From IMG/VR virus record IMGVR_UViG_3300042348_001285: a stretch of 64,000 bases of DNA, one strand, 5' to 3'. Numbering within the stretch: position 1 is the stretch's first letter; the number at the start of each line of letters is the position of its first letter. This DNA is from a virus. Lineage: Duplodnaviria; Heunggongvirae; Uroviricota; Caudoviricetes. A model generated the notes under the pieces. It worked only from the letters and a program-made list of their open reading frames with translations, had not been told where the DNA came from and searched no databases. Position numbers and translations under genes: made by a program. Shown here piece after piece: positions 36,296-45,587 of the stretch.

Positions 36296-38352
36296 GGTAG
36301 TTTAATTTCTGTTAAGTTTGCAATTTTAGCCCCCTTCGCACCAGGTTTCCCTAGCTTTATGGAAAGGTCAATTTTTGTTGGTTTTTTCTTTGTCGATACC
36401 CATTCGAAGGTAAATGGTTTCTCTCCGAAATATGTCAGGGTGGCCCCATCTGGCAACCATTGTTTGCCTGTACTTGTGGTTCTACACAGGGTTTCCCCAT
36501 CCATGGACATGGCCCTCAGTTGGCCATCAACCATGAATACGGCCAAATACTTGCGTCCCGAGACGTATGCTTCCGGTCTTGCGAGCACTACTGGAGAGTA
36601 CCCTGTGGAAATTACTCCCTTATAGGAAGCAGGCACCTTCTTTAGCATTCCGTCTTCGCACATCAGGATTAGCTTGTCGGTAGACCCCATGGCTAGGCAA
36701 CCCTTGGGCCCCTTAGACTGTTCAATCACACCTTTCTTCATGTCGATTTTTAAGAAACGTGGTTTTGCTATTGGGGTGGTGCCTGAGGGGGTAGTGGCCG
36801 GAGGGAGAGACCCTGCGTTGTCTACTTTGGGCCGGACCCCTACGGCAACAGGAACATCAATCAAAGGACTCCTACGGGGAACCCCATATTGCTTGTTGAT
36901 CCTAGCAAGTTCCTCCAACATGTAAGACTTTCGGGCACTGACATTATCGGCTTTGTCCCCCACCAGGGACTCTAACCTATTGATGTCAGCCAATAGCTCA
37001 TTTTTCTCACAAGACATCAAATCAAAGTCTAGGCCCGTTAATTGCCGCAATCTCATTTCTAAAATGGCATCAGCTTGTTGCTCGGTGAATTTAAGCGGTG
37101 CTGACATTAGGGACTGCTTGGCTTCAGATTTGCCATTTGCGGCACGAATACGCTTAATGACTAGGTCCATACGGTCAATAGCCTTTAGGAGACCATCAAC
37201 AATGTGTAATCTTTTGTTTTTTGCCTCCAGTTCATGTTCAAATTTAACATCAAGGCGACCCAATCTCCATTGGACCCATCGTTGGATGATTTGTACCGGT
37301 GATAACTCAACGGGCTTAAACCCATCGATAACCAAGGTTTTAGCTGAGTATTTGCAATCAAGGTCTGTATATGTGTATAGCAACTGCTTTACCAAATTAA
37401 TATCAGCACCAGGTTTGAGGACCACCACCAGCCTATCCCCACTAATATCACTTTCATCTGTGATTTCGGCGATCCCTTCAATACGTCCTTTTTCTAGCTC
37501 ACTCTTGATCTGCTCACCAAGTTTCTCTGGATTGGTGCCAGGTGGCAAACAAGTGAAAGTCAAGGTGGATCGATCCCTTGATTTTCCGCCCCTTTTCTGA
37601 ATACCGGACTCAACACGGGCCATACAGCGTATGCCCCCGATTCCAGTACGGGTATAAGCATCTAGTTGCTCGTCTTGGACGATTTGGGTGCCAGTTGGGA
37701 AGTCGGGAATTAGAGATAGGCTGGCTTTTTTTATATTATCAAGGTGGGCCTTTTCGGTGGGGGCATCCTTGCAAATTAACTTAATGGCTTCTACGATAGA
37801 ACGTAAGCTGTGGGGAGCCAAACGAGTAGCAAAACCCACGGCAATTCCTGAGTCACCGTTTAGCAAAACGGTTGGCAAAGAAGTATTAAACCTGATGGCC
37901 TCCCGCTTACTGCCATCATAGTTTGATTTAGTTTCCCACACTTCCCGGTCTTGTAAAAGAAGTTCCACTGCGGAAATTCGTAGTCTATTTTCTAGGTACC
38001 TTTCTGCTGAGGGGGAGTCAACTGTGCTTCCAATATTTCCGTGACAATCAATCCAAGGGACATTATTGTTCCAAGGAGTAGCCATGTTAATCAGGGCCCC
38101 GTATGCAGAACCATGGGGATGGTAATAGGCACTAGTTAGGCCCGTAGTTCGGGCACACTTCACATACGGTTTATTCGGAAGCAGCCCTTCTTCAATCATT
38201 GTCTGAAGGATGCGTCTTTGAACTGGCTTTAGCCCATCGCAAATGTCCGGTATCGATCTCCCGATAAGCACGGCCATACTATAGCTCAAATAGTCTTCCT
38301 TGAGCTGATCGACAAGATTGACTTCTGTGATTTTTGGCCTAGTTTTAGTCAT
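36292..38352 (-). CDS. Type IIA topoisomerase subunit A (GyrA/ParC family), short C-terminal domain
   Basis: IPDICDGLKPVQRRIL, YHPHG, catalytic SAERYLE, LPTVLLNG..GIAVGFAT, PDFPTG, QADAILEMRLRQLT. Confidence 0.9.
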   Translation of the reverse strand: MTKTRPKITEVNLVDQLKEDYLSYSMAVLIGRSIPDICDGLKPVQRRILQTMIEEGLLPNKPYVKCARTTGLTSAYYHPHGSAYGALINMATPWNNNVPWIDCHGNIGSTVDSPSAERYLENRLRISAVELLLQDREVWETKSNYDGSKREAIRFNTSLPTVLLNGDSGIAVGFATRLAPHSLRSIVEAIKLICKDAPTEKAHLDNIKKASLSLIPDFPTGTQIVQDEQLDAYTRTGIGGIRCMARVESGIQKRGGKSRDRSTLTFTCLPPGTNPEKLGEQIKSELEKGRIEGIAEITDESDISGDRLVVVLKPGADINLVKQLLYTYTDLDCKYSAKTLVIDGFKPVELSPVQIIQRWVQWRLGRLDVKFEHELEAKNKRLHIVDGLLKAIDRMDLVIKRIRAANGKSEAKQSLMSAPLKFTEQQADAILEMRLRQLTGLDFDLMSCEKNELLADINRLESLVGDKADNVSARKSYMLEELARINKQYGVPRRSPLIDVPVAVGVRPKVDNAGSLPPATTPSGTTPIAKPRFLKIDMKKGVIEQSKGPKGCLAMGSTDKLILMCEDGMLKKVPASYKGVISTGYSPVVLARPEAYVSGRKYLAVFMVDGQLRAMSMDGETLCRTTSTGKQWLPDGATLTYFGEKPFTFEWVSTKKKPTKIDLSIKLGKPGAKGAKIANLTEIKLP

Positions 38353-39073
38353 TAGTAATTTCTTCCCTTAGCGAGGGATCAATGCCCCTAGCAGTTTGAT
38401 ATCGAGTGAGGGGGCCAGGTGTTGATATTTTCCCAGTCACTAAGCAGCGTACACGCCTAGAATTAATTTTTTTAGCCATATCGGAAAAATGCAGGGGATT
38501 CTTGGCCAATGTCACACGCGCTGATCGCCTAGCATGATTGCTAAAAAACTCAGGGTCTTTGCTTAGTTTAGTTTGATTAGCTTTTTCATATGCTTGTTTC
38601 CTCTTTTCTGGAGTCATGGCCTTTTTCATCGCCAAATACCTACTTTCTTTTTCTTCAGGGGATAACTTGGCCATCGCCGCTCGACCCCCTGCTTGTTTCT
38701 GCTCCCGGGTTTCTTCTCTGGGGAGACCGTTCCATCTAATTATTGCGGGAATGGCTTTTACCTTCATCCACTTTCGCCAAAGAGATAAAATCTCCGCCTT
38801 AAGGTAAGATTTCTCCCAACCCCAAATACAAGGGTGGTTACACTCTTCTGACTGCAAAACACCTTGAATAGCGTGGTGCTCTTTGAGCAGAAGAACGGTA
38901 TTACTTCCCCCTAGGCATTTTGGGACGGGATAATGACATGACTCCCAATCCCCATGGCAAGGATTTCCAGGTTCTAGCCGGTTGTCAAAGTAATAGTCTT
39001 CGCACCACCTTACAAATTGCTCCTGAGTCGGCATCATTTTGTCATTAGTCAAGGTAAAAATCCAGATAGTCAA
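38345..39073 (-). CDS. Free-standing HNH-like endonuclease
   Basis: WESCHYPVPKCLGGSNTVLLLKEHHAIQG resembles the HNH motif of the intron ORFs, followed by a basic helical tail. Likely start MMPTQ (~39037). Confidence 0.6.
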   Translation of the reverse strand: MTIWIFTLTNDKMMPTQEQFVRWCEDYYFDNRLEPGNPCHGDWESCHYPVPKCLGGSNTVLLLKEHHAIQGVLQSEECNHPCIWGWEKSYLKAEILSLWRKWMKVKAIPAIIRWNGLPREETREQKQAGGRAAMAKLSPEEKESRYLAMKKAMTPEKRKQAYEKANQTKLSKDPEFFSNHARRSARVTLAKNPLHFSDMAKKINSRRVRCLVTGKISTPGPLTRYQTARGIDPSLREEITND

Positions 39074-39638
39074 GGATCGTTTCCTTGGCTTCCGATGCTT
39101 TTACCCGAACAGGAGTAAAACTTTTGCCGTACTCAGTTGAAAACGAATTAAGATACTCCTCAAGGTGCCCATCCAAACGTAAAGCGTCTTCTTCAGATTC
39201 ATATCTGCCTTGGGGATCATATGGGAAATCTCTACTTAATAGGAAATTTAAATGCACCACACCGTCATTAGTAGAGTGGTTTACAAACCCCTTGGCCGCC
39301 TCATCGACGTAACTGGATATCACACCGTGGTAATAGGTGGCATAAAACCCGGCAAGCAATACCGGGGAGTCAGTGACAATGTATCTCACGGTGCCATACA
39401 GGAAAGACTCATAATGGGATTGTTTACCTAGTAGGTACAATTGGTCGTACTTCCCGATTTTTCTCTTTGTGTAAGCCCAGTGTTTGACATATTCGCGAAC
39501 AAGTTCTGCGCTTTCGCCTTGTTTCTTGAGTTCGCTGTAGATGTCGGGCGCAGCAGTGGATTTACCCGTACCTGGGCCACCAAATAGGTTGATTACGGTA
39601 GTTTGCATGGCGAATGTGGTTTGTGAAGATGGTGTCAA
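39045..39638 (-). CDS. P-loop nucleotide kinase-like protein (AAA_28/NadR-type)
   Basis: VINLFGGPGTGKST, ELVREYVK, IVTDSPVLL. Confidence 0.75.
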   Translation of the reverse strand: MTPSSQTTFAMQTTVINLFGGPGTGKSTAAPDIYSELKKQGESAELVREYVKHWAYTKRKIGKYDQLYLLGKQSHYESFLYGTVRYIVTDSPVLLAGFYATYYHGVISSYVDEAAKGFVNHSTNDGVVHLNFLLSRDFPYDPQGRYESEEDALRLDGHLEEYLNSFSTEYGKSFTPVRVKASEAKETILDYLDFYLD

Positions 39639-39646
39639 TCATGGGT

Positions 39647-39674
39647 ATTGTATCGTTTGGCGCCCCAAAGTCAA
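39647..39674 (-). promoter_or_regulatory. Sigma70-type promoter
   Basis: TTGACT-N16-TACAAT. Shares CCATTGACTTTGG with the promoter at 45019-45047. Confidence 0.65.
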
Positions 39675-39705
39675 TGGCTATAGGTGTGGGTGTGGCTAGG
39701 GGGGG

Positions 39706-39903
39706 TTATTGTCGGCAGGCGCCTACTTCCCTCAAGCAATCAGGACATTGCCACCCGGTAATCTTACCATTTTCTAAAACTCCTATCAACCGCGAATGAA
39801 AAGCCCCTGGCTCGCATGTGTGAGGCAAAAGCATTTCGCTTGCGATGAGATTTGTGCAACAATGGGGGCATTGCTTGCAGTGTAGAATAGTGGGATATGG
39901 CAT
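39706..39903 (-). CDS. Small Cys-rich hypothetical protein
   Basis: 65 aa with QCPHC and WQCPDC. Confidence 0.55.
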   Translation of the reverse strand: MPYPTILHCKQCPHCCTNLIASEMLLPHTCEPGAFHSRLIGVLENGKITGWQCPDCLREVGACRQ

Positions 39904-39976
39904 TAGGGTTATTAGTGTAGAATAGTGGGGGGCTAGTACGGGGCTAGTACGGGCTATTTAGACCAACCCCTCAGCA

Positions 39977-40612
39977 TCAAACATCGATGTCAACGTATTC
40001 TAATTCACCTAGGCTAATAATCTCGACGCCGTTGTAAATTTTACGCGAAGATAGATGCCAATGGCCATGGATCCATAGGTCCGGCTTATGGATTTCAAGC
40101 ATATTGTCGAAACACCTTCGGGTTACAGACGGGATATCATACTTATGTATTCCTTTTTCATGGCAAATACTGGTTATGACCGAATCCGGGCACTCATGGG
40201 TGACGACGATTTTCGGTTTTATCAACTCATAAGCATCCATTATATTGGACAATTCACCATAGGACAACTCCTCATCGTGCCACCAGTCGTAGTTTTCGGT
40301 CCGCCTATCCCTGTCAATGGAAAAAGCCCCGCCAACACAAAAGATATCGTCGCGGCCAAAGGCAGACCCACCGTCTTTGATCCAGAATGGATGTCTCTTG
40401 CAAGCTCCGGGACTATCGTGGTTTCCACGAATGAAGAAGTGCTCCCCCTTGGCCATGTGGTCGTAGGGCGGGTTGCTATGGGGCTTTTCGGTTCCGGGGT
40501 TAATGAAGCCAACTCCAAAGTCCCCAACTTGCAAGGAACGGTCGCACCCTTTAATGATGTCCTGAAATTTACTCCATTTCGCGTGGACATCTCCAATGAA
40601 TCTAATTTGCAT
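39977..40612 (-). CDS. Calcineurin-like metallophosphoesterase
   Basis: GDVH, GDFG, RGNHD, VTHE and HGHWH motifs. Confidence 0.9.
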   Translation of the reverse strand: MQIRFIGDVHAKWSKFQDIIKGCDRSLQVGDFGVGFINPGTEKPHSNPPYDHMAKGEHFFIRGNHDSPGACKRHPFWIKDGGSAFGRDDIFCVGGAFSIDRDRRTENYDWWHDEELSYGELSNIMDAYELIKPKIVVTHECPDSVITSICHEKGIHKYDIPSVTRRCFDNMLEIHKPDLWIHGHWHLSSRKIYNGVEIISLGELEYVDIDV

Positions 40613-40823
40613 TTTGTTTTTTGGCGATTTTGTTAAATTGCTTCACGATAGACTCAGCTTGTGCGGGGCTGTCTACTTCAAGGAGAACAATGGAGATACC
40701 CGCGAATAGGGACCTGACTACCCTTGAACCCTGGGTAGTATAGGTTGCTGTGCCAACTTTTAGGGTATTACGTAGAATGAAGCTAATTAGGGGGATTTGT
40801 GGAATTACCATTTTCTCCATCAC
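40602..40823 (-). CDS. Hypothetical protein
   Basis: 73-aa ORF overlapping both neighbours. Confidence 0.4.
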   Translation of the reverse strand: MMEKMVIPQIPLISFILRNTLKVGTATYTTQGSRVVRSLFAGISIVLLEVDSPAQAESIVKQFNKIAKKQNAN

Positions 40824-41884
40824 AAAATATTCAAATCGGGGTACAAACTCAAAAGCTCCTCCTTCGAAAGAACATCATACTCATCTTCCGGTTGCCAGAT
40901 AATCTCAAGGGCGACTAGGTCATCAGGTGTAATGGAGCCCAGAGCCACCAGATTTGATTTTAGGTTCTCATGTGAATCGGATGGCCTTAGGTTAAGATTC
41001 TCATTTGTAGCCGCCAGGACACTCACAAGGATGTATTCGTTGTCTTGGGTTTTTTCGTGAGCCTTTTCCTTACTCTTTGAGAGACGACCGTCAACGTTCG
41101 TCAAAGTTTCTTCCGACGCTCGGGAACGCTCTTCCATGGAGAACTGGTTAAAGAGATCTTCCGCATTGTCAATGGACTCCCTGTTCTTATCACTCCAAGC
41201 GTAGATTACCTTATCAGGGTGCCGGAGAAGCGTAAGGGTCGTTTCTTGCAGGATCTTGGCAAGACCGTATGAACTGTCGGTATCTCCTTGTTCGGCCATC
41301 CGAATTAGGTCAGATTGAATGTCTTTGGCTGACGCGAGTAGGGCTACCCGTTGACGCACTACTGTGAGTTTCTTATACTTTTCTTTTTGGGTGCTTAACC
41401 ACGGGCCTACAAAGTCTTCCCACCCTCCGCACAAAAGAATGACCGCAATAATTACCACACCCATTGAAGCAAGCAGAGTCAAAAGAACCACCGGATTGGC
41501 AGGTTGTTGGCTAACTGTGGTTACTTGTGAGGGCGAGGGGTATGGGATAGCCGGTGCGAGATTTGGAGTCAAGTCAGGCATGACGATGATGTTAGTGCTT
41601 GAACGACTTGGAGGGTTGTAAGAAGGTCTAGGGGCAGGCAAGGGAGTGTATGTTCTCGGTGCTGAGTAACTATGGCTGGGACTACGACGGCTGTAGCTCG
41701 GGGTGCTAGGACGACTATAGCTCGGCCTACTATAGCTCGGGGAACTAGAGCGGCTGCGAAAGCTACTACCGCCGATGCGACCGGCAGATGCAGCAAAAGC
41801 GGGTGTTGCTGTTAGTAGCATCGCAATCGTGAGCGTCAGAATTATTGTCTTGAGTGATTTGGTGTTCATGGGTTTCATTTTCAT
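40820..41884 (-). CDS. DUF1517 family membrane protein (FLAP1-like)
   Basis: Signal peptide, AFAASAGRIGGSSF, an S/P/R-rich linker and a TM helix, then VALLASAKDIQSDL, LQETTLTLLRHP, FNQFSMEERS..SEETLTNVDG, EYILVSVLAA and LEIIWQPEDE. Confidence 0.85.
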   Translation of the reverse strand: MKMKPMNTKSLKTIILTLTIAMLLTATPAFAASAGRIGGSSFRSRSSSPSYSRPSYSRPSTPSYSRRSPSHSYSAPRTYTPLPAPRPSYNPPSRSSTNIIVMPDLTPNLAPAIPYPSPSQVTTVSQQPANPVVLLTLLASMGVVIIAVILLCGGWEDFVGPWLSTQKEKYKKLTVVRQRVALLASAKDIQSDLIRMAEQGDTDSSYGLAKILQETTLTLLRHPDKVIYAWSDKNRESIDNAEDLFNQFSMEERSRASEETLTNVDGRLSKSKEKAHEKTQDNEYILVSVLAATNENLNLRPSDSHENLKSNLVALGSITPDDLVALEIIWQPEDEYDVLSKEELLSLYPDLNIL

Positions 41885-41978
41885 GTACTAATGGTAACAG
41901 TTCTGCAACGCAGAAACAAGGGGAGAAGCCGAAGGCTTCCGTTCGGTTAACCGTCCTTGGGTTCAATCAATCACAGCC

Positions 41979-42596
41979 TTAATCACTACCACAATCAAAG
42001 CCGCCAAAGTCGTGACCACCGCAATCATGACCTCCGTAGTCATGGCTGCTCCCATAGTCATGGCACCCGGGGTCATAACTGCTGTGGCTACTATAACTAA
42101 TGAAAGTATCATCGTCTACGTCTCTTGAGTAACGTTCAGTTGTAGCCCCTCTTCTTGTTTGTGATTTATTCCCTAACTCGGATCTCGGGCCACCTGCTTG
42201 GTGTTTAGATATGAAATTGACAGCGGCTTCTTCGCCGAACGACGTACGAATGCGACTAAGGAGTATAGGGTCTATAGGACCTTTGAAACCTTGGTTCGGG
42301 GCCAGGGATTCGAGGTTTTCCACTGGTTTGAGTAATTTTGGGTTAAGGGTGCGCTTAGCGGCGTCTTCCCCAAGTGAATCTCGAATGCGGGCAAAAACAA
42401 TAGGGTCAATAGCGCCGGTAAGGCTTCCGGTAAGCCCCTGTTGTTTCAGGTAGTCTTGATACAGGGCTAGGGATTCAGGATTTTTGATAGTATCCTCTTT
42501 GCGTTTGACTTTGGGGGCTTTTTGAGTTAAGCTCATGCTTGCGGTTAATGCCGTAGTGATTAGGAGAATGGCTATGACTGGTAAAAGAAAGGTCAT
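41979..42596 (-). CDS. Membrane-anchored hypothetical protein with internal duplication and His/Gly/Asp-rich tail
   Basis: Likely start MTFLLPV (42596), N-terminal hydrophobic helix, two IDP...RIR.S.GE.AA repeats. Confidence 0.6.
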   Translation of the reverse strand: MTFLLPVIAILLITTALTASMSLTQKAPKVKRKEDTIKNPESLALYQDYLKQQGLTGSLTGAIDPIVFARIRDSLGEDAAKRTLNPKLLKPVENLESLAPNQGFKGPIDPILLSRIRTSFGEEAAVNFISKHQAGGPRSELGNKSQTRRGATTERYSRDVDDDTFISYSSHSSYDPGCHDYGSSHDYGGHDCGGHDFGGFDCGSD

Positions 42597-42623
42597 TTGT
42601 GGGTTGGTTGTAGGGGGTAGTGT

Positions 42624-42692
42624 GGGCCGGGTATCGCCTGCGGCGCCCGTCCCTGGTCGGGGGCTTACGCCCCCTCCCGAAATTTTGGGTTT
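42624..42692. repeat. ~70-nt GC-rich dispersed repeat, copy 1
   Basis: Nearly identical to 48588-48656. Confidence 0.8.
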
Positions 42693-42697
42693 TGCTA

Positions 42698-43048
42698 TTA
42701 GCAACTTGCCCACTCCAACAACCGATCAACAACATCCCTGGGGGTGTGGCCATCCCACTCTTTGCCGTTTTCAAGGATGACGGCACCAGCATCCACTGCA
42801 CGGCACCACAACTCTATGGGCAAGTGATAGGTTATTTGTATTGGTACTCCTTCACGCCCCAAGTCCATCCCTGCAATAAACCAGTTTGGGTCCCCGAATG
42901 GAATCTCCCCGTCGTGATGCCTCAGGCTGATCCAACTTTTTTTGGGATTGGAACGCATTAGTGCCAAAAACAAAGCGTGCCGGTGCTCGTAGAGTTCGGC
43001 AAAAGTATGGTAGCCATCTGATTGGAGTTGGGTGCTTTCGTGTGTCAT
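42698..43048 (-). CDS. Phage hypothetical protein
   Basis: DGYHTFAELYEHRHALFLAL...WFIAGM...QITYHLP. Confidence 0.6.
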   Translation of the reverse strand: MTHESTQLQSDGYHTFAELYEHRHALFLALMRSNPKKSWISLRHHDGEIPFGDPNWFIAGMDLGREGVPIQITYHLPIELWCRAVDAGAVILENGKEWDGHTPRDVVDRLLEWASC

Positions 43049-43068
43049 GGTACTGCTGTGGTTTAAAT

Positions 43069-43392
43069 TTAAAGGAGGTTCCCCCTAAGGTATGCGATTG
43101 GTAGGGTAACTAAGCGATTTTGTAACTTCCCAAGGACAGAACATTCCCTAGTTACAATTGCTTCTATTGCCACCCAGTTGTTGCATTCGATGGTCCACCC
43201 ATTCATACCCTCAATCGGTACTGAAACCTTGAAAAACCATTCGGTCATGAACGGTGTGATGTCCGAGGGTTCAGCAGCATCCGCAGTGATTACGGCTACC
43301 TGACGCCCAGTTTCGTTGTCATACGCGACTATACGGGCTTTGTAGGGGGTGTTTAAAACAAGTTTTGCTGTTACCTTGCAGTTCTTAACCAT
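43069..43392 (-). CDS. Hypothetical protein
   Basis: 107-aa ORF; its start overlaps the upstream stop. Confidence 0.5.
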   Translation of the reverse strand: MVKNCKVTAKLVLNTPYKARIVAYDNETGRQVAVITADAAEPSDITPFMTEWFFKVSVPIEGMNGWTIECNNWVAIEAIVTRECSVLGKLQNRLVTLPIAYLRGNLL

Positions 43393-44074
43393 TGGTTAAC
43401 CCCTTGGCGTCGTCATACAAAGCGATGCCCCACCTTAGCGCCCAGCAGCACCGTAGGAATGAGGGGGTATACTCCGCGCAGTCGTATTCATAAAAGTCCT
43501 GGAATGGGTATGATCTGCTGGTAACTACGCATCGCGTGTGACTACCTTCCACGGCAAACATATAGGCAGCCTTTTGAGCGGCATATTCATTGTCGTCTGC
43601 ATAATATAGAATTTCCTCTTCGACTCGTTCCCAGGTGTCTGCTATTAACTTTTCTTTTATGGATTCCCCCAAGCTATTGTTATGCCACCGTTGGTACTCG
43701 GCCCAGTTGTCAAAATCGGTTTTGATATTTTCCTTAAAGATTCTGGGACTAAATTTAGAAACGCCACTTTGCTTATCGAAGGCTTGGAGCTTTTCTGCCC
43801 AATACCGGTAGTCAATCCGATATCTATCGCAACCACCTCTAAAAAACTCAAACATATCCGTTATGCGGCTAAACACATACGTGCCCATATCCCCGGTGTA
43901 ACACAGGCTGCCTGGCCATGTGATGATGTCGAAATACTGGTTGTTAGTGTCAGGGCACTTAAAGCGTAGGTGACGGTGGGTGCCTTCGTCTTTGATTATG
44001 GTTATTTGGTGGTTAGCAACTTGCTTTTTGAATAGCTCAAGTTCCACCTTGTGGTCTTCAGATAGTTGGGGCAT
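43385..44074 (-). CDS. Phage hypothetical protein
   Basis: Likely start MPQLSED. HRHLRF...FDIITWPGSLCYTGDMGTYVFSR, YWAEKL. Confidence 0.6.
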   Translation of the reverse strand: MPQLSEDHKVELELFKKQVANHQITIIKDEGTHRHLRFKCPDTNNQYFDIITWPGSLCYTGDMGTYVFSRITDMFEFFRGGCDRYRIDYRYWAEKLQAFDKQSGVSKFSPRIFKENIKTDFDNWAEYQRWHNNSLGESIKEKLIADTWERVEEEILYYADDNEYAAQKAAYMFAVEGSHTRCVVTSRSYPFQDFYEYDCAEYTPSFLRCCWALRWGIALYDDAKGLTNG

Positions 44075-44156
44075 TTTGGTATGGGAGATGGCATTGTTGG
44101 CTGAGGAGTTGCCAATGGTATAGCATGGTGTAGGATGGTATGGCAATTTACGGGTA

Positions 44157-44948
44157 CTAATCAGGAACCACCAGATCCCAACTCTCTGAGTCGAACCGGG
44201 GCTCGCGCCAATCTTTGATTATTCCATCGGGTCCAATGTTTAGAATGATGTAATCCCCAAACCCCTCATCCCCGTGGCAAAGATACGGGTCGGGAACGTA
44301 ATAGTCCCTATACTTGAATAGTCTACGGAAGGTACTACGCAACCAATACTCCCCTTCGTCGCAAACTTTGTAATACACCCGTGCAGTCATCCCTTCAGGC
44401 CAATCCATGACTTTACCGTCGCTGAGTCGGATCGTAGGGGCCCATAAGTCTCCATTACGGAAAGGCATCAAAGTACCGTCAGTGTCCCTGTCGCCATTAA
44501 CATGGGCATCTTCCCAATACCTGACTTTGGCGGAAACTTCCAGGAATTCGGGCTTTTCTGGTACTGGTTGTTCCGGTACTGGTTGTTCCGGTACTGATGG
44601 TCCCGGCACTAGCCCTTCCGGTACTAGCTGTTCTCTTTTTGTAATTCTTTCACCCGATGCCCCCTTAGCCGCAACTAATACGTGGGGCCAGGTCCTCTTG
44701 GGGTTGGTATCAATAGCAATGTCCCCATGGTAGGGCAACCGCATCGTTTCCATCTGTGGTTCACCCAGGGGGATCACCTCAATGGTGTAACCTTCACCGT
44801 CGTTTGTAAATGAGTTGAATTTTGTTGCTTCTCCGGAATATAATGCTTCGGCCAAACAGTCGAGTAATGCAGCCAGAGACTGGCGGTCACCGACGATATA
44901 AGCAGAATCATGCCAAGCGTCTTGGCCGTAAATGTGTAGTGTGTCCAT
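44157..44948 (-). CDS. Two-domain hypothetical protein with PEQPV repeat linker
   Basis: N-domain LHIYGQDAWHDSAYIVG and C-domain VRYWEDAHVNG, joined by 15-nt tandem repeats. Confidence 0.6.
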   Translation of the reverse strand: MDTLHIYGQDAWHDSAYIVGDRQSLAALLDCLAEALYSGEATKFNSFTNDGEGYTIEVIPLGEPQMETMRLPYHGDIAIDTNPKRTWPHVLVAAKGASGERITKREQLVPEGLVPGPSVPEQPVPEQPVPEKPEFLEVSAKVRYWEDAHVNGDRDTDGTLMPFRNGDLWAPTIRLSDGKVMDWPEGMTARVYYKVCDEGEYWLRSTFRRLFKYRDYYVPDPYLCHGDEGFGDYIILNIGPDGIIKDWREPRFDSESWDLVVPD

Positions 44949-45018
44949 GCTTGTTGGGTGTTTGTGGTGGGATTAGCTAATTAGAATCGGAATTATTCCG
45001 GTTGCAGTTACCGAAAGT

Positions 45019-45047
45019 ATTATAGGGGGAGATCCGGCCAAAGTCAA
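45019..45047 (-). promoter_or_regulatory. Sigma70-type promoter
   Basis: TTGACT-N17-TATAAT. Confidence 0.75.
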
Positions 45048-45084
45048 TGGCTTGACTGGCTTCTATGTTGTGCAGTGTAATTAT

Positions 45085-45151
45085 AGGGTCAGGGTCAGGG
45101 TCAGGGTCAGGGTCAGGGCCGAAGTCAAGGTCAAGGTCAAGGTCAAGGTCA
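45085..45151. repeat. Hexanucleotide tandem repeat (AGGGTC/AAGGTC, about 11 units)
   Basis: Directly visible in an intergenic region. Confidence 0.9.
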
Positions 45152-45553
45152 AGAAAGGAGTTTGTTTGAAATTTCTTGCCTGAGATTCAAGATGGGGGTT
45201 TGCATTTTGTACTCGATGGCTTTTGATAGCGCCCCTAGTAACCCATCTTTCAGTACAGCATCGATTGTAGTGGTTACCTGCTCGGAATTATCCTGAAGCC
45301 AAGTGGTGATCGCTTTTTCCATCATGGGCTGTACTTGTTCGGTTACAAGTTCTTGGAATAGGGATGGTTTCTTTTTATCGCGATCATAATAATAATTCGA
45401 AGAGGGAACAATTCGTTCTTCGAAAAATGACTTTTCAATGGTTCTTTCTAGGAGTTCTTTCAAGTCGTCTTCTGAGAGGAGTTCCCCCATTGATTCACGG
45501 ATGCGTTCAAACATTCGCTGTTGAAAAGTGTCTGCTTTTGTGAGTTCTGTCAT
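45149..45553 (-). CDS. Hypothetical protein
   Basis: Likely start MTELTKAD; helical, ~134 aa. Confidence 0.55.
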   Translation of the reverse strand: MTELTKADTFQQRMFERIRESMGELLSEDDLKELLERTIEKSFFEERIVPSSNYYYDRDKKKPSLFQELVTEQVQPMMEKAITTWLQDNSEQVTTTIDAVLKDGLLGALSKAIEYKMQTPILNLRQEISNKLLS

Positions 45554-45587
45554 TGTGGGTTTTGAGGTGAAAAGGGTGGGGGTGTAG

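Noticed and set aside
39928-39955. Short tandem repeat GGGCTAGTAC x2-3, and ATTCTGGGTCAAC x2 near 50488-50513
   Set aside because: These are short local duplications with no associated structure or function.
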